Positions 1 to 9,523 of a stretch of 64,000 nt of DNA are shown here, piece by piece. Source of the DNA: Candidatus Nomurabacteria bacterium (lineage in GTDB: Bacteria; Patescibacteriota; Minisyncoccia; Phycocordibacterales; UBA918); the NCBI GenBank assembly GCA_020632135.1, contig JACKGC010000001.1, positions 52,241 through 116,240 on the forward strand. The letters run 5' to 3'. Every line of letters begins with the position of its first letter. Positions within the stretch are counted from its first letter, which is position 1. Below the pieces are notes generated by a model. It was given only the letters and a program-made list of their open reading frames with translations, did no database searches and had not been told where the DNA came from. The position numbers were made by a program, and so were the translations under genes.

Positions 1-100
1 TATTTTCTTTTGGTGTTTGCATATGGTTAAGGAGACGTATAAATAAGGGTTTTCTTACCAAGTATAGTATAATCGAACTATCTTGTTAGAAATAATTTGA

Positions 101-337
101 ATGAAACGTATGGGCTCATTTGAAAAACTAGGGAGCACAGACCCGAGCAACGAACGTGTAGCAGAGCACGCCACACGAGAACGATTTGATGAACTGACCA
201 GCGATATTGACCCGACCATCCTCGGAGAGATCCTCACTAGACTCAAAGACGGTGACATTAACGACCTCCCCTCAGACCTCCAAGCCATGGTCGCAAAGAT
301 GAAACGACAAGCCTCAGAGAACGGCCCACTTCACTAA
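101..337 (+). CDS. hypothetical small acidic protein (78 aa)
   Basis: ATG ORF from the track. TATAAT box at 68-73 upstream. No family recognised. Confidence 0.4.
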   Translation: MKRMGSFEKLGSTDPSNERVAEHATRERFDELTSDIDPTILGEILTRLKDGDINDLPSDLQAMVAKMKRQASENGPLH

Positions 338-419
338 CTGGACAAAAGCATAATTTTATGCTATATTGTTCATGCTGAATTCTCAGCAACAACAATGTTC
401 TTAGCTCATACGGGGAGAA

Positions 420-683
420 ATGATGAGCAAAAACTTAGAAAAACTCTGCCGCCAGGCGGACAAAATGATCGGTGCAAGCACGATCCTTTCCGGCAACAGT
501 CGGGTGCTGGAGCTGCAGCAACGTGGCTACACCGACCTCGCAGGTAAACCGGTAGCTAATCCGGTCACACTGCTGGAGGGCTTCCTGCACTCGCTCGAAC
601 GCGAGCAGCAGGAGACTCTTGCAGAGAGGGAGCGTCTGCGGAAAGACGCCGTGGTCACCCACGGCAGGTCGGCCGCCGACTAA
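420..683 (+). CDS. hypothetical protein (87 aa)
   Basis: ATG ORF with GGGGAG Shine-Dalgarno just upstream. Followed by the hairpin terminator at 702-737. Confidence 0.45.
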   Translation: MMSKNLEKLCRQADKMIGASTILSGNSRVLELQQRGYTDLAGKPVANPVTLLEGFLHSLEREQQETLAERERLRKDAVVTHGRSAAD

Positions 684-701
684 CGGCAAAGAGCCCGAAA
701 A

Positions 702-737
702 AACGCCTTGACTTACGAGTCAAGGCGTTGTATTATT
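702..737 (+). terminator. intrinsic terminator
   Basis: 12-bp stem aacgccttgact/agtcaaggcgtt with loop tacg, then a T-rich tail. Confidence 0.6.
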
Positions 738-771
738 TAAGCCGTTTAAGTTTTTTAAAAAGGAATATCCG

Positions 772-1203
772 ATGATGCCGAACCAGTCCCAACCCTCGCC
801 CAGCCACCTCCAACGTATCGTTGGTGGAGCAGACGAAGAGGATCTGATCAAGATGGTTACTGGCAGATTGCTGGATAGCCAAAGCTTCGCGAGCACGCTC
901 GATCAGGCACTGAACATCGAAACTCTGATTCGCGCCCAACGCAAGGCTATCGATGTGGTGCATGAAGCGTTTCCGACGAGCGAGCTCAAGATCTTGTCAA
1001 ATACGTATGAACATTACGATCAGATCTTAATACTACTCGATAGCACCGTCGAAACCTATTGCCTTAAGTGCAACATGACGCGCGCAACCCTGAGTGCAAT
1101 GCAAGACGGTCGACTGACCGTTCGTACCCTGCTCGAGCAACACCCGAGAGTGGCATTGGCGCCACTTCTCAACAGCTTCTTTTCTTCATCGGCCGTCCAC
1201 TAG
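772..1203 (+). CDS. hypothetical protein (143 aa)
   Basis: ATG ORF with AAGGA upstream. Terminator hairpin follows at 1215-1240. Confidence 0.5.
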   Translation: MMPNQSQPSPSHLQRIVGGADEEDLIKMVTGRLLDSQSFASTLDQALNIETLIRAQRKAIDVVHEAFPTSELKILSNTYEHYDQILILLDSTVETYCLKCNMTRATLSAMQDGRLTVRTLLEQHPRVALAPLLNSFFSSSAVH

Positions 1204-1214
1204 GACAGCCCTCA

Positions 1215-1240
1215 AATCGCACCTCCGGGTGCGATTTTTT
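1215..1240 (+). terminator. intrinsic terminator
   Basis: Stem aatcgcacc/ggtgcgatt, loop tccg, then T6. Confidence 0.6.
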
Positions 1241-1404
1241 AATACCATTCTTCTCCATTGCACAACTACTCTTTTCCGCTATACTGTCTAGGCTCATTTC
1301 GAGCTTACAAAAAAGTTCGGTTAACCGAGCTGGTAGCGGTGAAACAGTCTCCCAGACTGCTTCACCCTTTCCATTGTAGGGCTGGACGAGAATAAAAACT
1401 GTGT

Positions 1405-1477
1405 GAGCGATTAGCTCAGCTGGTAGAGCGCTACATTGACATTGTAGAGGTCACAGGTTCAAGTCCTGTATCGCTCA
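1405..1477 (+). tRNA. tRNA-Val (anticodon GAC), no encoded CCA
   Basis: Hand-folded cloverleaf. Acceptor gagcgat/atcgctc, D arm gctc-agctggta-gagc, anticodon arm ctaca-ttGACat-tgtag, T arm acagg-ttcaagt-cctgt. 73 nt. Confidence 0.9.
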
Positions 1478-1515
1478 CACAGTTTTGGTTACAAATTCTA
1501 GTCTTGGTGAACACG

Positions 1516-1549
1516 AAACCGGCGGGCGCTTCGCGCCCGCCGGTTTTTA
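1516..1549. terminator. bidirectional GC-rich terminator
   Basis: Stem ccggcgggcgc/gcgcccgccgg flanked by an A-run and a T-run. Lies between tRNA-Val (+) and the end of the minus-strand gene at 1555. Confidence 0.6.
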
Positions 1550-1554
1550 TCAAC

Positions 1555-2439
1555 TCACTCCGCTTTTCCCAATGCGATTTTCGCCGCTTGCACCGCCGAC
1601 TCCTGTGAACCAGCCACAAAAAGAAACCGTTCTTTATGACAAAAGATCGCGTCTGGAATACCAGAGACACTGGCGAGCTCACCATCGCGCAACCCTGACC
1701 ACTCCGCTGGCAAGTGCGCTCGAGACTCAAACGCAATCTCACCGGTTGGGACCGTAGACGCCTTCCATTTCTGCTTGGTCATATCGGCTGGATACACCAC
1801 CATATGGACGTCTGGGTACTGGATGAACATATGTCGGTCGACTGGATCATCAAATACCAACAGCGACTTATCTTCAGCTGCTCGGTAGCCAGCTTCAGCC
1901 ACTTCTCTAACTGTCTTGGAGGCTTGTGCGTGGGCGATGATGCGAGCCAGTAGTTCTTCAGCAAAATCAACCGCGTCAGCGAACGCGTCGTCATTCTGGT
2001 GCTCACTCCCCCATACCGGCCGGAAGGCACTGATCACACTAAAGAGTTCATACGGTGCGACCTGTAACTCATTGAGCGTATACAAAGAAATACTATTGTC
2101 ACCAGCATCAATTGGCTGGACCAGCTGCGCTTCGATCTGCGCAGCCACATCCGCTGAGCCACAGATAGCTTCGCCATACGATTTCCATACCAACCCAAAC
2201 GCGGCGTACGGTATGTCGTTCTCCCGCGGCGGAAGACCATTTTGGTGGTGATCAAAGCGGCGACGTTCCGGATCGTACTCCTCTCCCACATCAACCGCCC
2301 AATCAGCAGCAATAATGCGCTCCTTATCCCGCGTTCGGATGATCTCGACTGGCTCATCATTAAGAAAAAGTTTGATCGATGCGATCGCTAATACATCATC
2401 AGGATGGAAACTGCCATCGTGGGTCACTACTGTTTGCAT
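1555..2439 (-). CDS. MYG1/UPF0160 family metal-dependent hydrolase
   Basis: N-terminus MQTVVTHDGSFHPDDVLA plus the FDHHQ motif typical of MYG1 (DHH-like). ATG at 2439 preferred over the 2460 start in the track. Confidence 0.8.
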   Translation of the reverse strand: MQTVVTHDGSFHPDDVLAIASIKLFLNDEPVEIIRTRDKERIIAADWAVDVGEEYDPERRRFDHHQNGLPPRENDIPYAAFGLVWKSYGEAICGSADVAAQIEAQLVQPIDAGDNSISLYTLNELQVAPYELFSVISAFRPVWGSEHQNDDAFADAVDFAEELLARIIAHAQASKTVREVAEAGYRAAEDKSLLVFDDPVDRHMFIQYPDVHMVVYPADMTKQKWKASTVPTGEIAFESRAHLPAEWSGLRDGELASVSGIPDAIFCHKERFLFVAGSQESAVQAAKIALGKAE

Positions 2440-2494
2440 GTCGCATACTATACAACACATGGACTAAATTGCATCCATTTCGTATAGTGCTGAC

Positions 2495-3670
2495 ATGTTG
2501 ATAGTGTCGATCGAAACCTCATGTGATGAAACCGCCGTAAGCTTGGTTAAAGCCAAGGGTGTTTTTCCGCATGCGCACTATGAAGTGCTCGGTGATGCGC
2601 TGTGGAGTCAGATCGATATTCACCGTGAGTATGGCGGCGTGTTCCCCGCTTTGGCCAAGCGGGAACACGCCGCCACGATCGTCCCCATGCTCGAAAAGGC
2701 CATTGCAGAAAGTGGCGTGGAGCCGCATGGATTCACCCCCGCCCTAGAGCCAGAAATGGAGGAAAAGATCTGCACCCTTTTAGAGCGCGAACCAGGCTTG
2801 GCCGAGCAGCTCCTCACCTTCCACCGTGAGCATGGTGCGTACGAGGTCGACCTCATTGCCGTCACGAGCGGCCCGGGCCTGGAGCCGGCTTTGTGGGTCG
2901 GGGTGAATTTTGCGAAAGCACTAGCGCTCTTGTGGGATACACCCGTGGTGCCAACTAACCACATGGAAGGACATGTGCTCGCAAGCATCTTTGACGCTGA
3001 TCGTGACGACCAGCTGTCTGACATCACCTTCCCGGCTATTTCACTCCTGATCTCTGGTGGTCACACTGAGCTGATTTTTATGAGTGATTGGGGTCAATAT
3101 GAAAAGATCGGCCAGACCCGTGACGATGCGGTGGGTGAAGCATTTGATAAAGTGGCACGTTTGGTCGGTATTCCGTACCCGGGCGGGCCGGAGATATCGC
3201 GCTTGGCGGCCGAGGCCCGAAAACGAAAACTCCCGGCCTTTGCAGAGCTGCCGACGCCGATGCTCCACTCCGGCGATCTTGATTTTTCGTTTTCGGGCCT
3301 CAAGACCGCCGTACGCTACGCCGTAGCAGACAAAACCCTCACACCCGATGAGATTGCGGCGCTGGCGCGAGATTTTGAGGATGTAGTGGCGGAGGTTTTG
3401 GTGAAGAAAACCTGCGCCGCGATCGAAGATCGCGGCGCCAAGACCCTCATCGTGGGCGGTGGCGTGAGCGCCAACCAATACATCAAACGCCGCATGGAGG
3501 CAGCACTTCTCACTGCACTCCCCGAGGTAATTAGCTACTTTCCACCACCCGGCCTCTCGACCGACAACAGCATTATGATCGCCCTAGCCGGACACTCCAA
3601 GGCGGCGGGCGCTATCGCCCCCGCCGCCACCGAGGTGATCCGTGCCGATGGAAGCAAGAGTTTAGCCTAA
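2495..3670 (+). CDS. tsaD: tRNA N6-adenosine threonylcarbamoyltransferase TsaD (Kae1/OSGEP family)
   Basis: SIETSCDETAVSLV N-terminus, HMEGH motif, GGVSAN motif. Length 391 aa. Confidence 0.92.
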   Translation: MLIVSIETSCDETAVSLVKAKGVFPHAHYEVLGDALWSQIDIHREYGGVFPALAKREHAATIVPMLEKAIAESGVEPHGFTPALEPEMEEKICTLLEREPGLAEQLLTFHREHGAYEVDLIAVTSGPGLEPALWVGVNFAKALALLWDTPVVPTNHMEGHVLASIFDADRDDQLSDITFPAISLLISGGHTELIFMSDWGQYEKIGQTRDDAVGEAFDKVARLVGIPYPGGPEISRLAAEARKRKLPAFAELPTPMLHSGDLDFSFSGLKTAVRYAVADKTLTPDEIAALARDFEDVVAEVLVKKTCAAIEDRGAKTLIVGGGVSANQYIKRRMEAALLTALPEVISYFPPPGLSTDNSIMIALAGHSKAAGAIAPAATEVIRADGSKSLA

Positions 3671-3851
3671 GTCTAGACTTCCTTATTGTTGACACTGGAT
3701 GGAAGTGTTTCGTATCTTATTAGATTTTTTGACAGATCTTATAGGAGGTATATCATTAAGACAACGTTATTTTTAATCTATATCGTTACCCTGTATCCCG
3801 GCTTTTAGAGCGATATGATCTTATCAAAGAGGAATAACAACGCCTTGCTGT

Positions 3852-4400
3852 ATGAAATCTATACTCACATTCTTTAGCTTGCTAGCACTTGTCGCGGTAT
3901 CCGCTCCCGTCGTTTCGGCTGATACTTCTCCAGACCGTAGCCGAACGGTGATCACACGAACCACAGATGTGGTGGACCGAGTTGATCGTGACCGTACGAG
4001 CAATGAAGAGACAGAAGGAACAACTGAAGAAGACAATACTAATGGTTTTGATCTCGAAGCAGAAGATAACGATGTAGATTTAAGTGGTATTGTTCTTGAT
4101 GTGTCTTATGACAGTGATGGTAATCTCCAAGTGAACTTTAACAACGGAAGTAACTCTGGCAATGCTAATATCTCCATTACAATCAATGGTGAGACCATGT
4201 CACACTCTGGCAACCAAACAGACGATCAAGGAAACGAGAGCACTGATGGAGCAGACGGAAATGACGGCCGTGACGGGTCAGTAGACGAAGAGGATGATGA
4301 AGAAGAACCGGAAGAATCTGCACCAGAGGCGGATGAGCCGAACGATCGCTACGATAGTCGAGACGCCCGCGAGACATCAGACCGCAATCCCCGACGCTAA
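3852..4400 (+). CDS. secreted, highly acidic low-complexity protein
   Basis: N-terminal signal peptide MKSILTFFSLLALVAVSAPVVSA. D/E/N/G-rich body. Confidence 0.6.
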   Translation: MKSILTFFSLLALVAVSAPVVSADTSPDRSRTVITRTTDVVDRVDRDRTSNEETEGTTEEDNTNGFDLEAEDNDVDLSGIVLDVSYDSDGNLQVNFNNGSNSGNANISITINGETMSHSGNQTDDQGNESTDGADGNDGRDGSVDEEDDEEEPEESAPEADEPNDRYDSRDARETSDRNPRR

Positions 4401-4440
4401 TTCTTGCCAAAAGAATACCGAGGAGTCGTGTGATCAAAGA

Positions 4441-4480
4441 GGGACAAAAAATGACCACCTAGGTGGTCATTTTTTGTCCC
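4441..4480. terminator. bidirectional terminator (40-bp perfect palindrome)
   Basis: gggacaaaaaatgaccacct/aggtggtcattttttgtccc, between the convergent genes 3852-4400 (+) and 4580-6421 (-). Confidence 0.7.
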
Positions 4481-4579
4481 TCCCCCACACACCGTACGAG
4501 GTTACTCAAGACCATTCCTCGAACAGTCTCTACCACCAACCCATCGCACAGACACTCTCGCTCGAAACGCTGCTTTGTA

Positions 4580-6421
4580 CTATTCAACCTCCTCTTCAGC
4601 TGAGTCCTCAACGACCTCCTCCTCGACCACTGATTCTTCAGTCACACTCTCTTCGACCTCCTCTTCAGCTTGCACTTCTTCCTCTGTCTCGCCGTCGCCT
4701 TCCGCGGCCGCTTCTTCCCCATCAGTCCCCACTTCAGCTTTCTCACCGGCTTCATCAGAAGCACTTTCAGTATCACTCTCTGCTACTCCGTCTGCCGGCT
4801 TGATCTCATCGTCTGTTTCTTCCATTTCCTTGTCCTCCTCCACCGTTTCGGTTGTATCTTCAGCTTCCGCAGCTTCACTTTTTGCGTCTTCTTCTGCCGC
4901 AGTACCACCCTCTTCAGACTCAGTTTCAGGTTCATCACCGGCTTCTTCAGAAGCTTGTTCCTGATCTTCTGGATCGCTAGCTGGACCGCCACCAGAATCA
5001 TCCGGCTGTCCTTCGTCGGCGGCAGGTTGTGATGACTTAGCCTCCTCTTCTATATCTACCACCAAAGCAGACTGCGACAATGGTGCGGGTGATTCATTTT
5101 CAGTACGAAGTAACGTGGTGAAGCTGGTGCTAAAACTGGTCGGGCTACTGAGACTAAAATACAGCGGGACTCGTTCTTCGTCGGAATATCCTTCCCCGCT
5201 CTCTTCGTCGATGTGCCACGCTGACAACACGATCTCCACACGACACGTATCACCATCTACGAGTCCGGACTCATCCGGTAGAGTGAAGCCAACCAACCAA
5301 GGCTGGTCAAATACAATGTCGGTACCACCAAGAGACGTAAGTGAGCCATCAAACAGTACCGGCTCGTCACTACCCACCATTATCGCGTCGCAAAACGGTG
5401 CACTACCTGACACGTACGCAACGCTGACAGTATGGCGGGTGGGATCACTGGCAGGTACCGGCATGACGGTCGTGACCACACTGCCGTCAACATCGTCAAG
5501 CAACTGTCCGTTTAAAAAGGTGAACTGTTCGCCATCAGCCACCGCAGAAAAATCGAGGGCGATCGCCTGCATACTATTATCCTCACTTGTTTCGGTGTCA
5601 GTTAAGTATGAGTACGTACTACCAAGCTGCAGATACTGCGTAGCCAGCACAGCGGTCGTGATACCAAATGCACCAACCATCACCGCCAAGGTACCGGGTG
5701 TAAACAGAGAGAAGTTTTGGGGCGGGAGAGCGAGCTTGGCTCCGCGCAAGTCAAGGGTGTCGTCTAGCTGAAACCGCACCGGCGTCATGATATCCATCAT
5801 CTTTGATGAACTACTGCGGGCAATCTTGATCGATTGTGGTGAGTCTAGTTGCGTGGACAGTACCTCTGTCGGTTCATTCACCGCTTGCACTACCGGAGTG
5901 GGACGACGGCGCAGTTCCTTCCAAATTTTTTCAATTTCACCAACGATCAAGAGCAGGGCCGGAAGCACGATCAGTAACATAAAACCGACTGGTTGCCTCG
6001 CGAAATCGAGCACAAAACCGGCTTTGGGTAGCGAGAAGGCTACCGCTCCGTAAATGTCACCTGTAGCCACCGAAGCATTGTCAGGATCTTCGTTGGCATC
6101 ACCCTGCGTCACAAACCGAGTCACCCCGGCGTCTTCTACTATATCGACGATCCGGTGCGTCGTAGGCACAGCAGCGTTGTGGTCCTCAAACATGATGACG
6201 TCCCCCACCCTGTAGCTGGTTTGTGGCCAAACCAAAATGAGCGAACCGGTGCTGATCGCCGGCTCCATCGAGCCGGATTGCACGATCCGCAACTCAACGT
6301 TGGTATCGATCGGCAGGTACGGTAGCACAAACAGCCCCACCACACTAAGGATCGTGAGAGTGAAAAAAGTTTGTACGATGTATCGAAGAAATTTCATATC
6401 TTTGTGTACTACCGTCGCCAA
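4580..6421 (-). CDS. SipW/ER-type S26 signal peptidase I fused to a TasA-substrate-like module and an acidic tail (613 aa)
   Basis: Catalytic motifs VQSGSMEPAI and TTHRIV in aa 1-170. Second TM at aa 239-262, followed by YLTDTETSEDNSMQAIALDFS. C-terminal ~150 aa are E/D-rich. Confidence 0.8.
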   Translation of the reverse strand: MATVVHKDMKFLRYIVQTFFTLTILSVVGLFVLPYLPIDTNVELRIVQSGSMEPAISTGSLILVWPQTSYRVGDVIMFEDHNAAVPTTHRIVDIVEDAGVTRFVTQGDANEDPDNASVATGDIYGAVAFSLPKAGFVLDFARQPVGFMLLIVLPALLLIVGEIEKIWKELRRRPTPVVQAVNEPTEVLSTQLDSPQSIKIARSSSSKMMDIMTPVRFQLDDTLDLRGAKLALPPQNFSLFTPGTLAVMVGAFGITTAVLATQYLQLGSTYSYLTDTETSEDNSMQAIALDFSAVADGEQFTFLNGQLLDDVDGSVVTTVMPVPASDPTRHTVSVAYVSGSAPFCDAIMVGSDEPVLFDGSLTSLGGTDIVFDQPWLVGFTLPDESGLVDGDTCRVEIVLSAWHIDEESGEGYSDEERVPLYFSLSSPTSFSTSFTTLLRTENESPAPLSQSALVVDIEEEAKSSQPAADEGQPDDSGGGPASDPEDQEQASEEAGDEPETESEEGGTAAEEDAKSEAAEAEDTTETVEEDKEMEETDDEIKPADGVAESDTESASDEAGEKAEVGTDGEEAAAEGDGETEEEVQAEEEVEESVTEESVVEEEVVEDSAEEEVE

Positions 6422-7683
6422 TTACCGAGTGACCAATTACCCCACCGCGTTTCTTCGACCACCCGCCAAGACTGATCTCGACTCTCGCGTGACGGCCGGC
6501 GTGACTCAGGTTGCGGAGCCGGATCATCATCTTTGGTGAGGTCATCAGAGTCACTGTCCTCTAAGTCATCACCATCACTCCCCTCATCGTCGTTGTCGGG
6601 GTCAGACTGATTATCGTCACCTGGCCGATATTGGTTGTCTGCTTCGCAATACAGCGTGCCCCAATCCAAATGACGGTCTTCGATAGTTATCGTTGTCACG
6701 AAACCGTTTCCACTCTCACACTGCCCGTACCAGCCGATGCGCCAGTTAGGTTTCTCGAAGCCCTCAGGTACCAGCTCCTCAATGGTGTATGTTCCCGGCG
6801 AGAGTGGTGTAAAGCTGTCGTGCGGTGCGATGATATCGGTGTCTTCGCCGGTGATCCGGTACGAGAAGTCAGACAGAGCAAAGCCAAGATCCACCCCACT
6901 GATCTGCTTATTGAGGTACAGATCTACCGTCGGTTCCTCACACCGATAATTGGTATAACTCGTCGCTTCAACCGCCCGCAAGGACACATCCACGGTGAAT
7001 GAGTCGGTTTGATATTCATTACCGAGCGTGGTGGCATCACACGCGACAGCGCCCGTCGCCAAGTCAACGTCCAGATCGCCGGCGCACCAGAGCATACCGA
7101 CGTAGTACGTTTCCCCAGGCTGAAATGCTTCTTGCGTGGTGGTGTCAGACAATGGATAGGTAGTGTCGTTAAGGACCACGACGGCCGCTTCCGGCGTCGC
7201 ACCAAACAGCGGCGTTTCACCAACCTCAAAAACATTGTCGCCATCATCATGCCAAGCGAAAAATTCCACGCCACCTGATAACTCCCCTCCCGCTAGCACA
7301 TCAACCAGTGATTCAGGTTCATTAGTTCCATTTTCTTCATCCACTAAATTGAGGAAGTCGAGACAAACGTAGGCTGGGTTTTTTTTCAGATGCACACTGA
7401 TGGTATTAAGACCAGTGTCCCCCGGCTTGATATCGTCAAAGTCGAAGAATTTATCCACCCCCGGGACAAGGTCTTTTAGTTCCCAAGACAGATCGGCTTG
7501 ATGATCGCCGTTGTAGATACTGTAACTGTCTATGGTTAGCTCAATTCCTTCACCACTGGAGTTATTGGCAAAGGTAGCGCCAACCGGTTCTCCCATAAAA
7601 ACCACCACTCCAACCAGCAATACAAAAACCGTGATCAAACCGATTTTTATTGAACGCCGGTGGATAAAACTCATAAGGAACAA
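6409..7683 (-). CDS. secreted TasA/camelysin-related protein with SpaA-like (prealbumin-fold) domain
   Basis: Signal anchor. The segment FFDFDDIKPGDTGLNTISVHLKKNPAYVC is paralogous to the two upstream proteins. Overlaps the next gene by 13 nt. Confidence 0.6.
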   Translation of the reverse strand: MFLMSFIHRRSIKIGLITVFVLLVGVVVFMGEPVGATFANNSSGEGIELTIDSYSIYNGDHQADLSWELKDLVPGVDKFFDFDDIKPGDTGLNTISVHLKKNPAYVCLDFLNLVDEENGTNEPESLVDVLAGGELSGGVEFFAWHDDGDNVFEVGETPLFGATPEAAVVVLNDTTYPLSDTTTQEAFQPGETYYVGMLWCAGDLDVDLATGAVACDATTLGNEYQTDSFTVDVSLRAVEATSYTNYRCEEPTVDLYLNKQISGVDLGFALSDFSYRITGEDTDIIAPHDSFTPLSPGTYTIEELVPEGFEKPNWRIGWYGQCESGNGFVTTITIEDRHLDWGTLYCEADNQYRPGDDNQSDPDNDDEGSDGDDLEDSDSDDLTKDDDPAPQPESRRPSRESRDQSWRVVEETRWGNWSLGNWRR

Positions 7684-7700
7684 TTAGTTATGTGGTGGAT

Positions 7701-9410
7701 TTAGTCTGGTAAGCCAGTACGGTCTGCACAGGTGAGTGCACTGAAGGCGTCGAGATCGTAACCGTCAGCGTCTGGTCGGGTAGTAAAGTCGTCACGGTCA
7801 GAAACGTCAGTGAGACGCACGTAACGCGCCCACGCGAGACCGGAGTTGGCCAGGTCTGCTTCAGCATCGCGGTCCACACTCGATTCCACCTCAAACCAGG
7901 TGCTGTTGTCCTGACTGACTTCGATCTTCAGTTTTTCGAGTGGATACGGACTCGACGCAGAGCCACCGGTTACTTCCCACATCCGTAGGTCATTGCCCGG
8001 ACCGTCGATGAGGAAGTTGTCAACGAACTCAATGACGATCTTTCCGCCATCGAAGTTCACGTTTTGGTCTGGGTTAAATCCGAGACTAAAGAATGAACCC
8101 GCCACAACCGGACTGTCGTACTCATCTCCATTACTCTCGGGCGCGCCGAGCACCTGATTGGGATCAGTGCGGTCGAGATTGATTGCAGTGCCGTTCCAAC
8201 GTACGCCCTGCTCCTCAGACACGACGTTGTCAGCATACTGAAGAAGCGGGTCGACGCACGAGATATAGTTGATGACCGTACACGTCACCTGTGCGCCTTC
8301 CGCTACCGTGACAGTATCCCCTGCTACATCCACCTCACCACCTACACAGTTCCAGAGAGAAGCTTCGTAGCCACCCGGACCAACCTCAGACAGATCATAC
8401 TCGCCCGGGGGCACATCCACGTCAGTGACGTCGTTACTACCGGTTACTCCGGAGATATCAATCGGGCCACTGGCACTCAAAGTCCAGTCGGCTGGGGTGT
8501 TATTTGGACTAAAGAGCTCTTTGACCAAGGTGAGCGTGGTACGCGGTCCTTGCGGTACGTCACATTGGAAACTGTCATTGTGCCTGGCCTGCACCGCTTC
8601 AAACTGCACATCGGCGGTCAGTGAGTCGGTTTGGCTTTCGTTACCAAGGAAGGAGCCGTCGCACGTAATACCACCATCAGTTGGTTGGCCTGGGGTTGGA
8701 TCGCCGTCATCATCATTATCTCCAGCTGGTGTCATGAGATCGTTTTCTCCGTCTTGATCAATAGGAGCAGGAGCGATGTCGCCAAAACACCACGCTTTGG
8801 CGATGTAGAGTGTCTCATTGCCCGGCACCGGACCACCCACCCCGGTCCAGATATTTTCGTCACTGTCAGCGAGTGCCAGCGGATAAGAGTTGCCCACACC
8901 TAGCTGGCCAAAGTTTCCGCTACTAATTACCGTCTCATCGTCCTCAAGCACATTATCTCCATCATCCGCCCACCAAATGAAATTGACCAGGTCGGCCAGC
9001 TCACCCTGCTCTTCACCCGGGTCGCCACACGTCGTATCGGTCCCCTCCGGCAAACCCTCCGGTTCGGTACAACCGTTGTCATTATTGCTCGTCAGGGTCA
9101 CATTGGCACAGAGATAGGCGTCGTTGGTTTCGACGTGGAGGGAAATAGTGTCTTCACCGTAGTCGTTGGGCTTCACGTCATTGAAGTCAAAGAAGCGCTC
9201 CACGGTGAGGTCGGTTTCGCTCCAACTGGTATCCGGGTTCAGGAGGCCGTTGTAGTAGCTTTCGTTGTCGACCTTAAGATCGATCGCTCCGGCCATGAAA
9301 ACATTGGCAGTGGAGGTCTCGGTGTCGGAGAAGAAGGCGTTAGTGGCTCCAAACGTAACGGAACCAATCACCACCCCAATTACCGCCAGACTGAGAATGA
9401 TTCGTTGCAT
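7701..9410 (-). CDS. TasA/camelysin-like secreted protein with SipW-cognate-type signal (569 aa)
   Basis: N-terminus ...GATNAFFSDTETSTANVFMAGAIDLKV matches the Bacillus TasA/SipW-cognate pattern. C-terminal domain is shared with the 814-aa protein. Confidence 0.75.
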   Translation of the reverse strand: MQRIILSLAVIGVVIGSVTFGATNAFFSDTETSTANVFMAGAIDLKVDNESYYNGLLNPDTSWSETDLTVERFFDFNDVKPNDYGEDTISLHVETNDAYLCANVTLTSNNDNGCTEPEGLPEGTDTTCGDPGEEQGELADLVNFIWWADDGDNVLEDDETVISSGNFGQLGVGNSYPLALADSDENIWTGVGGPVPGNETLYIAKAWCFGDIAPAPIDQDGENDLMTPAGDNDDDGDPTPGQPTDGGITCDGSFLGNESQTDSLTADVQFEAVQARHNDSFQCDVPQGPRTTLTLVKELFSPNNTPADWTLSASGPIDISGVTGSNDVTDVDVPPGEYDLSEVGPGGYEASLWNCVGGEVDVAGDTVTVAEGAQVTCTVINYISCVDPLLQYADNVVSEEQGVRWNGTAINLDRTDPNQVLGAPESNGDEYDSPVVAGSFFSLGFNPDQNVNFDGGKIVIEFVDNFLIDGPGNDLRMWEVTGGSASSPYPLEKLKIEVSQDNSTWFEVESSVDRDAEADLANSGLAWARYVRLTDVSDRDDFTTRPDADGYDLDAFSALTCADRTGLPD

Positions 9411-9523
9411 AAGTGAATTTGATTATAAATCGAAAGATAATGTGCTGTTCCCCTCCAGCCCGCAAAGCCCAAACGATTCAGGCTTTGAACGGCTAGTGAG
9501 AACTAGGTACGTTGGTCTCGTTT

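Noticed and set aside
9503-9516. 13-mer taggtacgttggt shared with 11310-11323, upstream of two TasA-like genes
   Set aside because: Identical 13-mers are expected by chance tens of times in 64 kb (both strands). There is only one extra copy, so it is not enough to call a regulatory motif.
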